Shown here one piece after another: positions 41,152-49,937 of a stretch of 64,000 nucleotides of DNA; position 1 is the first letter of the stretch; each line of letters opens with the position of its first letter. The DNA is from Cloacimonetes bacterium UBA5210 (GTDB taxonomy: Bacteria; Cloacimonadota; Cloacimonadia; Cloacimonadales; Cloacimonadaceae). The position numbers and the translations under genes were made by a program. The notes beneath the pieces were generated by a model that had not been told where the DNA came from, searched no databases, and saw only the letters and a list, made by a program, of their open reading frames with translations. The stretch lies in the NCBI GenBank assembly GCA_002412625.1, contig DHVK01000012.1, forward strand, positions 30,145-94,144, written 5' to 3'.

Positions 41152-42498
41152 TCATCGCTCTGTAAACGCATCCAAATATAAGTTCAGACCTGTGCATAAA
41201 CCCAAATGGAGGTTTAGCAGATGAAACTGCTTTCCGGAAGGGGTTGACAATGTTTCCCAATTAGTTTGCCCATCATAAATTCTTACTGCCAGATCATGAT
41301 CAGCTTCCTCCATGAACAGCAATAAGGATTTTAAAGTTCCGGACTTACCTGCCTTCACTTCGATGGGTATCATGCGCTTCCCCCGGATAATCACAAAATC
41401 TACTTCCGCACTCGAATTGCGGGCACTTCGGTTCCAAGTTCCCAGTTCGAAACCGTCTCCGGCAGCCTTTGACAGCAACTGTTGCCCCACCAGATGCTCC
41501 ATGGCCACACCTTTGTAGATGGAGTTCAGCCCTTGATTAGTGAAGTATTGCTCGTGGATATTAGCCTGGAGATTCACGAATCCAGTATCAAGAAAGAGCA
41601 GTTTGGGTCGTTTGCTCAGCTTTGGCAAAGAGGGTAACACCGCATTGCCATAGGGATGCAGCAGTTGCAACAATGAAGCCTGCTCCAACAAAGTGAAGGC
41701 ATTTTTTACGGTTTGAGACCTGAAATCGGATTCTCCAAAATGCTCGAAACTGATCAATTTGCAAGCCTGTGTAGGCGCAGTGTTGATCAAATGCCCTAAA
41801 ACATTGGCCTGATCTCCGGATGCGGCGTATTTTACGGCATCATCGCGATAGGTTTGCAGGAGGTTGCCCAAAATCCTGCGAACATCCATGATATTGCCGG
41901 TTGCCAGCCAAACCCTGATCACTTCCGGCATGCCGCCCACCAAGGCATATTCCAGAAATTTCTCTCTTAAAACAGGATATGCCCAATCCGGGAAAGGGAT
42001 TGTGCCCAATAGCTCCAGCACTTGATCTTGTCCCGCTGCTTGCAAATACTCTTCGAAGTTGCAGGGATGCATCCAAAGATACTCAACCCTACCCACCGGA
42101 ATCTCCAACCGATTACGCTTCAGATATACATCCAGCAAAGAACCTGCAGCAATCACATATAGTTCGGGCATCTTTTCGTAAAAGTAACGGAGGCTAAGCA
42201 GCGCTTGCGGCGAATGCTGAATCTCATCGATAAACAGCAAAATCCTTTTCCCCCGGGCATGAACACCCTTTTTAAGCAGGATGAGATTAAACAGCGAGTC
42301 AACATCAGTGCCGTCAATGAAGATATCACGCTCTGCAGGCACTTCCAGATTGAGCTCGATGAAGCAGTCGAATTCGCTTCCGAACATCCGAACTGCGGTA
42401 GTCTTACCTACTTGTCGGGCTCCACGCAAAACTAATGACTTCCGATAGGGACTTTTTGACCACTCTCTCAGCTGATTAATTATCTGACGATTAAACAT
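41152..42498 (-). CDS. AAA-family ATPase with DUF4143-type C-terminal domain
   Basis: Walker A RGARQVGKTT and Walker B LLFIDEIQ. The C-terminal EVDFVIIRGKRMIPIEVKAGKSG is a PD-(D/E)xK-like motif typical of AAA_14/DUF4143 proteins. Confidence 0.8.
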   Translation of the reverse strand: MFNRQIINQLREWSKSPYRKSLVLRGARQVGKTTAVRMFGSEFDCFIELNLEVPAERDIFIDGTDVDSLFNLILLKKGVHARGKRILLFIDEIQHSPQALLSLRYFYEKMPELYVIAAGSLLDVYLKRNRLEIPVGRVEYLWMHPCNFEEYLQAAGQDQVLELLGTIPFPDWAYPVLREKFLEYALVGGMPEVIRVWLATGNIMDVRRILGNLLQTYRDDAVKYAASGDQANVLGHLINTAPTQACKLISFEHFGESDFRSQTVKNAFTLLEQASLLQLLHPYGNAVLPSLPKLSKRPKLLFLDTGFVNLQANIHEQYFTNQGLNSIYKGVAMEHLVGQQLLSKAAGDGFELGTWNRSARNSSAEVDFVIIRGKRMIPIEVKAGKSGTLKSLLLFMEEADHDLAVRIYDGQTNWETLSTPSGKQFHLLNLHLGLCTGLNLYLDAFTER

Positions 42499-42567
42499 CT
42501 CGATCTCCTAATTCACAATTGGTTCAAATAAATGGAGATAGAAAATCATGTCAAGGTAATTGTAGCC

Positions 42568-42628
42568 ACAAAGTCATCCAAATCCAAGGGTGTTTTGCCT
42601 ACAAAGTCATCCAAATCCAAGGGTGTTT
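42568..42628. repeat. Tandem direct repeat, 2 x 28 bp (period 33 bp)
   Basis: ACAAAGTCATCCAAATCCAAGGGTGTTT occurs at 42568-42595 and again, identical, at 42601-42628. Confidence 0.95.
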
Positions 42629-42676
42629 CACTAAAAGTCGGTCTAATCAGTAACTATCTTTGCTGGATATAAAGAG

Positions 42677-42889
42677 TCAGTGAAAACTTCAATTTGGCTC
42701 ACTGAAAACTTCAAGTGGCAAAATCGGTGGTATTTTGGGCACTTCCCATGGTGGCATTTGGATCACTGATTTCTTCAAATGGCTCACTGAAAACTTCAAA
42801 TGGCTCACTGATTTCTTCAAGGAAAGGTCACTGATTTCTTCAAGAAAGGATCACTGATTTCTTCAAGAAAAGGTCACTGATTTCTTCAA
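42677..42889. repeat. Iteron-like array: 8 copies of the 16-bp motif TCA(C/G)TGA(AAAC/TTTC)TTCAA
   Basis: Copies start at 42677, 42699, 42763, 42784, 42805, 42828, 42851 and 42874. The last six are spaced 21-23 bp apart (about two helical turns). The region is non-coding. Confidence 0.95.
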
Positions 42890-42904
42890 ATGGGTTTTGA
42901 GGAT

Positions 42905-42942
42905 ATAAAAAAACATGGGGAGCACCGGGCGGTGTCCCCATG
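42905..42942 (-). terminator. Rho-independent terminator (minus strand)
   Basis: Hairpin CATGGGGA(G)CACC-GGGC-GGTGTCCCCATG (42914-42942). On the + strand it is preceded by A7, which is a U-tract after the hairpin on the minus strand. Confidence 0.7.
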
Positions 42943-43126
42943 TATCGGAGGGCATTCTATGTAGGGTCTGTAGGCTGTTTGCATTCTCTGATATCACGCC
43001 TTTTTTGTCAAGCATCAATCTGCTATCAATCTTATGCTATTGTGCAGAAAGGACTTGACCACGGTTGCCACTGGTTCTATGTAGAACCCATTAATCAACA
43101 GTCGGGTAACCGAAAAGGAGATCAAG

Positions 43127-43528
43127 ATGAACAAGCAAAACAAGCATGGCAAAGAGCAGGCAACGCTGGAGGAGATGGTGAAATCAGGCAGCCAGCTCGT
43201 ATTGATGAGAGAAGATGGCACGGAGCAGCCTGTTGAAGCTCTGGCAGAGAAGAACGGGGTATTGAAGTTAGGATCAACCATGCGGGTGATCGAGATGGAT
43301 AAGACTGGTTTGAATGGCTCGGAGAGCGATCAGGGAGTTGACGATCCATTCGCGGGTGAGTTCCACTATAGAAGCTGGTGGAATCAGTTCCGGGGACCCT
43401 GGCTGCAGTCGGAGAAGATGACGGAGGAAGAGATCAAAATCAAAGCTGACGATGCCTGGGAATGCAGCGATTACAAGGAGATGATCAACCTGATGGCTGA
43501 GCTGATCTGCAGGCTCGAAAAGAAGTAA
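43127..43528 (+). CDS. Hypothetical acidic protein at the edge of the phage module
   Basis: AAGGAG RBS 6 nt upstream and an intrinsic terminator downstream. I recognised no motif. Confidence 0.6.
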   Translation: MNKQNKHGKEQATLEEMVKSGSQLVLMREDGTEQPVEALAEKNGVLKLGSTMRVIEMDKTGLNGSESDQGVDDPFAGEFHYRSWWNQFRGPWLQSEKMTEEEIKIKADDAWECSDYKEMINLMAELICRLEKK

Positions 43529-43553
43529 GCGGAAGCTAATCTATCACACTTAA

Positions 43554-43578
43554 CCCGGCGATGCCGGGTTTCTCTCTT
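43554..43578 (+). terminator. Rho-independent terminator
   Basis: CCCGGC-GAT-GCCGGG hairpin (43554-43568) followed by TTTCTCTCTT. Confidence 0.65.
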
Positions 43579-43595
43579 GGTCTGGTATCTGCGTT

Positions 43596-44252
43596 TTAGT
43601 AGTACAAGGCGATGATCTGGTACTTCCCTTCCTGTGCATCGAAAACCTGCCCTATGCCGATGGTTATGGTGACCTGAGTACCATCCAGTTTGATGTCGGC
43701 TATATACAGGAAGCAATTGCACTGGTTGGTCAGGATGATATGGGGAATGGTATTGTATTCCTTATCAAGCTTGTGAGAGATGAACCTGTCGTCTCTGATG
43801 CTGGCAGGGGTAGCTTGAGTCTGATCTCCGATTCCCTTATCCTGATCTTGAAGCTCGTGCTGCAGCTTTGAAAGAGTGAACACGCTGTTATCAAGATGAT
43901 TAGCAGATACTGCTCCATTGGCTATCTTGCTTCCGGTTACCACTCCATCCAAGATGTGATTGCCGTAGATACAGTCGTTCTGCAGACCCCTGGCATCGAG
44001 TTTACCGATGGTACAGGTCTTGCCTCCGAAGCTGCCATTGGGGTTGCCACGATTGTCCCAGATCTCATAGAAACCGCAATCGGCTTCAGTTTCGATCAGG
44101 CATTCATAATAGCCTGAGTTTTCGGTTTCATTGAGCCTGATCCCACTCTGCCAGTCGGCTCCGGGTCTGAGTAAACGAACATCCACTCCAGACTGAGGCT
44201 TCCTTGCCCCGTCTTCCATTATATAGTAGCTGATTCCATATTTGAACATCAA
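43596..44252 (-). CDS. Phage tail-tip/receptor-binding-type protein (hypothetical)
   Basis: It is the last gene of the tail block. Call is by position only. Confidence 0.4.
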   Translation of the reverse strand: MMFKYGISYYIMEDGARKPQSGVDVRLLRPGADWQSGIRLNETENSGYYECLIETEADCGFYEIWDNRGNPNGSFGGKTCTIGKLDARGLQNDCIYGNHILDGVVTGSKIANGAVSANHLDNSVFTLSKLQHELQDQDKGIGDQTQATPASIRDDRFISHKLDKEYNTIPHIILTNQCNCFLYIADIKLDGTQVTITIGIGQVFDAQEGKYQIIALYY

Positions 44253-44263
44253 TGCTCCTTCTG

Positions 44264-44716
44264 TTAGTTTGATGTTACAGTGTCGTTATCGTCTTCAATG
44301 ACAATGATTCCGAAGTCGATATAGCCAGGTGATCCGATGTATCTGGATTCGAGTGAGAACTTGACCTTCTCAGGATACTCATGCAGATCATCCGGACACT
44401 TGGGGAACTGAGAGACTGTGACCGGGAACTGGCTCTTGACTTCGTTATAGGCGGTGTATTCGAGAAAGAGTCTGCCAGTTGAGGTAATGAAGCTCATCAG
44501 GGTATAATACTCATCAGGATTGAGGGTTGCCTGCAGATCAAAGGAATCCTCCCTGTATTCATCTCTTTGATGCAGGATGGAAGGATCAAAGGCATTCTTC
44601 TTCTCGATGCGGTACTTACGACGGGGAGAGTATTCTACCTGCCCGGTGGTACAGTTAAAGTAGTATGTTCCTTGAGTGCTGAGTCGGATCAGTCTCCAGC
44701 CCTTTATAGCAGCCAT
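44264..44716 (-). CDS. Phage hypothetical tail-associated protein
   Basis: It overlaps the upstream gene by 13 nt within the tail block. No motif. Confidence 0.4.
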   Translation of the reverse strand: MAAIKGWRLIRLSTQGTYYFNCTTGQVEYSPRRKYRIEKKNAFDPSILHQRDEYREDSFDLQATLNPDEYYTLMSFITSTGRLFLEYTAYNEVKSQFPVTVSQFPKCPDDLHEYPEKVKFSLESRYIGSPGYIDFGIIVIEDDNDTVTSN

Positions 44717-46191
44717 GCTTTCACCTTGTATTCATCATTTATGTAGTCTCTCTCCAGTTCGGTAATGGCATAAACCTTATTCTGGATGCGTATCTTGGAC
44801 TGGAGTGAGAGATTGTATTTGGCAAGCTGATCGATAGTCGTTTCTACGCTCCACTTAGAGTCATAGAAGTCGATCAGGTAGTCTTTGATCAGCCCTTGCA
44901 GTTGATTGGTATCGCCACCCAGGACATCGATGGTTTTGATATCGGGTTTCTCTTGGTTGCCACGCTTGACGATAATGGATACCACATCCTCATCGGCTAT
45001 GTTGTTTATGACAGTGGCATAAGCATCCTTGTTCTTGAGGATGATGTTACCATTGGCAGTGGTGAAGATAGTGGCATTATAGAGCATCAGCATCGCTTGC
45101 AGGGCTTTGAGGTTATCGGTCTGCTCCTCTTGTAAGGTCTCATAAGCCTCTCCGGGCTGTAGCTTAGCCGGGAAGAGATTGCCATGAAAGTGAGCTTCGA
45201 TCCAGTGACCAACGTACTGGCTGCTACCATAGCTTCTGCCATCTAACAAGCCCGTACTGCTGAGTCCCGTGAGGAGGGTAGTACTGGAGATGCCATTATC
45301 ACCAAAGAAGCTGAGGAACTCGTTATAGGCATTATCCAGAGAGGGCAGGTCTTCCACCCAGTCGGTCTTTTCATCATATTCGGATACTACCGGACAGATG
45401 CTGTTATAGAACTTGAAGACTCGACCTCGGTATCTTCCCTGATAGCGTGTGGTGGCAGGACTGGGATAGGTAGCCTGGATCACCTTCTTATAGGCAAAGA
45501 CAAAGGTGATCTTGTTTGCTGCCGTATCCACGATGTAACCCCAAAAGGGTCCCGGCCATCCACTGCTGTGATGAGAGTAGGTCCAGCCTCCGGGGGGATT
45601 GGGAAACTGGATCAGGTCATCGAAATCGATGTGAGCGATGGTTAATGAGTCGCCCGAACCGATATTCATGGTTGGAGGGGTGAACTGATTAGTATAAGGA
45701 ATAGAGATTGGGATAGTCTGTTCAATATCCTGCAAGAAGTAACCGAGTATCCAGATTGGCAGATATCCTGCAGTTAGGGAATAGTAGTGAGTGAGATCGG
45801 AATAGACGGACAAGAGCTTGATCTTATCGTAACAGGTGAACTTGAGGATGCCGGAGCTTACATCGAAGGACAACTGGGAAGTATCGATGATGCCTGTAAA
45901 AAACAGAAAATTATCCCGATAGACCCTAACTTCAAAGTGGGATATATACCGCTCATATTCATTGGTTCCGGAGAGGATGTTATCCTGTATCCAGACAGTC
46001 GGGAAACACTCGAAAGTGAGTCGCTTGGGTTCTCTACTATAGTTGGATACCGCTTGCAGCTTATCGGCTGAGACACTTAGAGTGATGATAGCTCTACTAG
46101 TTGCAGTATCCACCAGGCTATGTTTGATCTGGTTATAGTCGGTTGCATCCGTATTGCCTTGCACGAAGTCTATCTTAAATAGATTCGGCAT
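44704..46191 (-). CDS. Phage distal-tail/baseplate-type structural protein (hypothetical)
   Basis: 495 aa, immediately downstream of the tape measure gene with adjacent stop and start. Call is by position. Confidence 0.45.
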   Translation of the reverse strand: MPNLFKIDFVQGNTDATDYNQIKHSLVDTATSRAIITLSVSADKLQAVSNYSREPKRLTFECFPTVWIQDNILSGTNEYERYISHFEVRVYRDNFLFFTGIIDTSQLSFDVSSGILKFTCYDKIKLLSVYSDLTHYYSLTAGYLPIWILGYFLQDIEQTIPISIPYTNQFTPPTMNIGSGDSLTIAHIDFDDLIQFPNPPGGWTYSHHSSGWPGPFWGYIVDTAANKITFVFAYKKVIQATYPSPATTRYQGRYRGRVFKFYNSICPVVSEYDEKTDWVEDLPSLDNAYNEFLSFFGDNGISSTTLLTGLSSTGLLDGRSYGSSQYVGHWIEAHFHGNLFPAKLQPGEAYETLQEEQTDNLKALQAMLMLYNATIFTTANGNIILKNKDAYATVINNIADEDVVSIIVKRGNQEKPDIKTIDVLGGDTNQLQGLIKDYLIDFYDSKWSVETTIDQLAKYNLSLQSKIRIQNKVYAITELERDYINDEYKVKAWLL

Positions 46192-49020
46192 TTATACCTC
46201 ACTCCTGATCATCTTGCCGGTATCAGCTATCTCGGATACCCTAACCGGGTCATTACTCAAGGGATCAACATTTATCTCGAAGTTGGGCTTGTTATCGGCT
46301 ATGCTCTGCCGGAGAGAACTGAACTCCTCCCGCACCACGGAGACGATGGTGTTCATGATCGCAGTCATACTGCCTCCACCGGAAACAGTGCCACCAGAGC
46401 CATAATATGAGCCCAGGTTGGCAGGCATGGGCACTGAAGGGATAGGCAGACCTGCAAATGCAAGCTTCACCTTTTCGATAGGTGCGAAGTTGAGGAAGTC
46501 AAAGAGGTTCCTACCCAGTGCCTTGACTCTGTCCTTGGCAGTGATGTACTCGTTACCTTCAGCTTCAATCAGGATGCCACCCTCACTATGCGCTTTACCG
46601 ACTAATAGTCCTCCGCTGGCTGCCTTGGGTGGCTCAGTGGATTGGATCACTGCGATATTGGCAAGCCCGGCTCCTATTGCTGCCGCAGCAGCGGTGACTG
46701 CCAGTCCGGGTCCGACCACAGGAATACCAACCATAGACTTATAGGCTGCTGTGGCAGAGGCATAGGTGTCTATCATCGCCTGTCCGATAGCCAGGGTCTT
46801 CCACATGGCAAAGCCTTTCTTACCGAAGATCTCTGAAGTCTTGGCAAGGTCACGCATGATCTGCTGGGCACCTTGCAGGTTCCGCATCTCATAGTCGTTC
46901 CGAATCCGAGCCTTGGCAGCTTCGCTTTGGGCTGTGATCTGCTGTTCGGTAAATCCAGCAGCCAGAAGCTTCTCTCTGCGCTTGGCATAGTACTGTTCTA
47001 TGGCTCTCAGCTCCGCATCCCAGGTTCTATCTGATAGTTCCAAGCTCCGCTGAGTGAACTCGAAGCGGGTATCCAGGAGTTCCTGCTGTTGCCGTCTCTC
47101 TTCTTCAAGCACCTTGCGTCTGGCTTCGGTTTCAGCTTCAATCTGAGCAGATCTGGCTTCGCTGGCTTCTGTCTCCACCCTGACCGACTCATCGGCATAG
47201 TGATCCCTGATAGACTGCAGAAGAGTCTCAGATGCTCCTAAGGACTGAGCCTTGGCAAGCTCTGCATCCCGCTGGATTTCGAGTTCCTTCTGTTTTCTAA
47301 GAACTGCATCGTCAATAGATAGCACATCATACTTCTGCTGTAACTGCCTAAGCTGTTCAAGCTGTCTCTGTCTCTCATCTATGAGCCTCTGAGCGTTATC
47401 AGTACCAGATGAGGATGATTCACCAGCATTACCGGAGTCAAAGCTCAGGTCCGGAGCTTCAAGCATCGCCTGTCTATAGGCTGCACCTATCTGCTGCAGA
47501 TCGTACTTGGCCGCTTGCAGTTGTCCCGTCAAAGCACCGAACTGGTTCAAGCGGCTTTCTAACTTGTTCCACTCTCCATCATTCCCGAAGTATAATGCAG
47601 GATTGAAGCCCATGGCATTGCGGTCACTGGTCAGGAAATCCCAATCCACTGAGTTCATCAATTGCTGTTTGCGGGCTCGGACCCTATCTACCTCAGCCTG
47701 TTGGGAGTCGATCTCAATCTGCAGCTCGGCTACCCTCCTGATCTGAGCATTATACCTCTCTCCATAAACTTCAGCTATCTGTTTCTGCACAAGTGCCTCT
47801 GAAGCATTCCGCAAGGCCGTTGCCAGGTTATTGTAAGATGATGTTTCGAGATCGATGTTGCCTATGTACTCAGAGTAGTTCTCATTGAGTGACCGGATGA
47901 TGTTCTTCATCTCGGTCTTATCTGATACCGTAAGTGAACTGGCAGAGCGTAACTCCAGGAGCCTGGAAGCCAGTAAAGAGAACTTCTCGGCTTCCACCGA
48001 GACCTGTTTCTGAGCTTCTTTGATCTCATCGTTCATAGAACGCTGTGCTACAGTTACCGTATCAGTCTTTACCGAGGCTGCTGCCAGCCCTAAGCCCAAG
48101 GCAGACAATGCACCCACAGCAATACCGATAATCCCTGCCACCGGGTTTATAGCTACCTGCAGAGCATGATAGGCAGCGGTCAAGGCAGTGATAGTGGTTG
48201 TAATAGTTCCGATCAAAGGAATGGCTACTACTATACCGGCAACGAAGCCTTGCATGACCGGAGATAAGCTCTGATAGGCATCCATCAGCCAGCGAAGACC
48301 CTGAAGTAACGGATTGATCAGAACTGTCAGCATATCGCCCACTGTCTCCTGGATGTCTCCCCAGGCATTGGCATTCTGCAATCTCAAATCAGCCAGAGCG
48401 ATAGCTGTGCCACCATAGTCCTCTCCTAACTTCTCAACCAGGTAAGACACCCCTTCAGTCTTGAGCCGGGTATCATCAAGCTCGATGCCATAGCGTCCCA
48501 GCATCTCGGTATGACCATTCAATGCCCGACCCATAAGATCAAATGCACTTTCCACGCTCATCCCGGTGGCTTTGTTGGCTTCGGTAAAGTCCAGCAGAAG
48601 TGGCACAAGCTGTTGTATCTCATCCTTATTCAGCTTGAAGGTCTGCGAGAGTTTGGACATCAAAGCCAGCAGTTGATCATCCTCGAAGTTAGTTAATGAC
48701 TGCATGGCAGAGGCAAACTCACCCATCTCAGCCGCAGCTTCTCCAAAGGCTATCTTTGCCAAAGTAACCGCTTGTCTCTGAGCCAGTGATGCATCCAATA
48801 AACCATTCATGGAACGCACCAGACCACCGACTACCTGGATCACTCCATCGACTGCGATCTTCACATCACGAATGGTAGCCAGAGCCTGTTCTGCAGATAT
48901 CTTGACTGCAGCAGGTTTCTCCACCACAGACTGGGTGGACTCCGCTTCCTGCTTGACTTCGGCAAGCTTCACATTGGCATCGTCTGTGACGAGGATGAGT
49001 TTGAAAGTTAGGTCAGGCAT
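46192..49020 (-). CDS. Phage tail tape measure protein
   Basis: 942 aa. Long Ala/Gln/Glu-rich coiled coils, internal hydrophobic Gly/Ala-rich TM-like segments (GFVAGIVVAIPLIG..., VGPGLAVTAAAAAIGAGLA) and a typical position. AGAGG RBS upstream. Confidence 0.88.
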   Translation of the reverse strand: MPDLTFKLILVTDDANVKLAEVKQEAESTQSVVEKPAAVKISAEQALATIRDVKIAVDGVIQVVGGLVRSMNGLLDASLAQRQAVTLAKIAFGEAAAEMGEFASAMQSLTNFEDDQLLALMSKLSQTFKLNKDEIQQLVPLLLDFTEANKATGMSVESAFDLMGRALNGHTEMLGRYGIELDDTRLKTEGVSYLVEKLGEDYGGTAIALADLRLQNANAWGDIQETVGDMLTVLINPLLQGLRWLMDAYQSLSPVMQGFVAGIVVAIPLIGTITTTITALTAAYHALQVAINPVAGIIGIAVGALSALGLGLAAASVKTDTVTVAQRSMNDEIKEAQKQVSVEAEKFSLLASRLLELRSASSLTVSDKTEMKNIIRSLNENYSEYIGNIDLETSSYNNLATALRNASEALVQKQIAEVYGERYNAQIRRVAELQIEIDSQQAEVDRVRARKQQLMNSVDWDFLTSDRNAMGFNPALYFGNDGEWNKLESRLNQFGALTGQLQAAKYDLQQIGAAYRQAMLEAPDLSFDSGNAGESSSSGTDNAQRLIDERQRQLEQLRQLQQKYDVLSIDDAVLRKQKELEIQRDAELAKAQSLGASETLLQSIRDHYADESVRVETEASEARSAQIEAETEARRKVLEEERRQQQELLDTRFEFTQRSLELSDRTWDAELRAIEQYYAKRREKLLAAGFTEQQITAQSEAAKARIRNDYEMRNLQGAQQIMRDLAKTSEIFGKKGFAMWKTLAIGQAMIDTYASATAAYKSMVGIPVVGPGLAVTAAAAAIGAGLANIAVIQSTEPPKAASGGLLVGKAHSEGGILIEAEGNEYITAKDRVKALGRNLFDFLNFAPIEKVKLAFAGLPIPSVPMPANLGSYYGSGGTVSGGGSMTAIMNTIVSVVREEFSSLRQSIADNKPNFEINVDPLSNDPVRVSEIADTGKMIRSEV

Positions 49021-49112
49021 AGTTAAGTTGATACCTCTTGCTAAGTGTTACAAATCATAGAAAATTATTGACATTTCCAGCTCCATCATTTTGCTTGGTA
49101 CTGGAGCATATT

Positions 49113-49937
49113 ATGAAAAAGAAAATGAAAAGAGGATATGTAGCCATGTTAGATGTCCTCGGATTTAAAGAGTATCTGAGCAAAAGACAAAACTTTGATT
49201 TTTTCTCTTTGTGGAAACAGCTTAAAAAAGAGCTCAACGATCAAAAATATTGCATAGAAAAAGAGATTCAAGGATTTGAAGATTATTGGCATCTTGATGT
49301 GTTATGCCTTTCGGACACATTGGTGTTATGCCTTTCCTGCACAGATGAAAACGAGGAAAATAGAACTATTTTATTAGCGCATATAGTGATCATTTTGGAC
49401 TCCTTTATTGACAGGTACTTTAAACAAGGTATTTATTTTAGAGGGGCTATTAGTTATGGCGACTTCATATGCGATACGAAACAAAATATCGCTATGGGAA
49501 ACGCTATAGATGAAGCATCCGAATGGCACGACAGCACAGATTGGATTGGCATCATTCTTGCTCCTAGTGCTAAATATGCTTACGAAAAAATCATACTTGA
49601 AATACCCATTAATCATCCTTGGAATGGTGAGCTACAAAAACTAGTGAATTATGAAGTTCCTTTTAAATTCAACACATCTTACAAAACACGGGCTTTTATT
49701 TGGTTCAACATACCCGATGGTATTTATATGAGAGGGCTGAAGTTACACGGTTTTTACAGGTTACTATCAAAATCCACTTACTCAAAAACTGTAATAGGCA
49801 AGTATGCTAACACAATCAAATTCATCGAAACAATTTTATCTGTTGATCGGGAAGAGTTCCTGTTAGAGGACGCTAAGAGAAGGAATGATAAGACATCAAA
49901 CTTACTTATAATTCCTAATGAGCAACTCGATTTGTAA
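49113..49937 (+). CDS. Class III nucleotidyl-cyclase/GGDEF-fold-like protein with unknown C-terminal domain (AT-rich moron)
   Basis: YVAMLDVLGFKEY (compare VTVLFADIVGFT), LCLSDTLVLCL (compare iGDavma), IYFRGAISYGDFI and MGNAIDEASEWHD (compare RIGIHTGPV / GDAVNLAARLE). GGAG lies 6 nt before the ATG at 49113. GC is ~27% in a spot count, and the gene runs opposite to the flanking phage genes. Confidence 0.55.
   Translation: MKKKMKRGYVAMLDVLGFKEYLSKRQNFDFFSLWKQLKKELNDQKYCIEKEIQGFEDYWHLDVLCLSDTLVLCLSCTDENEENRTILLAHIVIILDSFIDRYFKQGIYFRGAISYGDFICDTKQNIAMGNAIDEASEWHDSTDWIGIILAPSAKYAYEKIILEIPINHPWNGELQKLVNYEVPFKFNTSYKTRAFIWFNIPDGIYMRGLKLHGFYRLLSKSTYSKTVIGKYANTIKFIETILSVDREEFLLEDAKRRNDKTSNLLIIPNEQLDL

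Larger units (their letters stand above)
37030..42500. mobile_element. AT-rich genomic (defence-type) island
   Basis: Composition drops sharply near 37.03-37.1 kb, from ~55% GC to ~28-35% in my spot counts of single lines. All five genes are typical island cargo (Ubl/E1 system, MTase-nuclease, AAA/DUF4143). None of the backbone intergenic repeats occur here. No integrase is seen. Confidence 0.6.

Noticed and set aside
41009-41260. Small ORFs (71-72 aa) between the methyltransferase and AAA ATPase genes
   Set aside because: They overlap the 3' end of the ATPase gene or each other antisense. They have no RBS or motif.
42568-42889. Possible CRISPR array
   Set aside because: The repeat units are 16 bp with only 5-7 bp between them (period 21-23 bp), and two sequence variants alternate. 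This is far from CRISPR geometry (repeats of ~28-37 bp with ~30-40 bp unique spacers). No cas genes are present.
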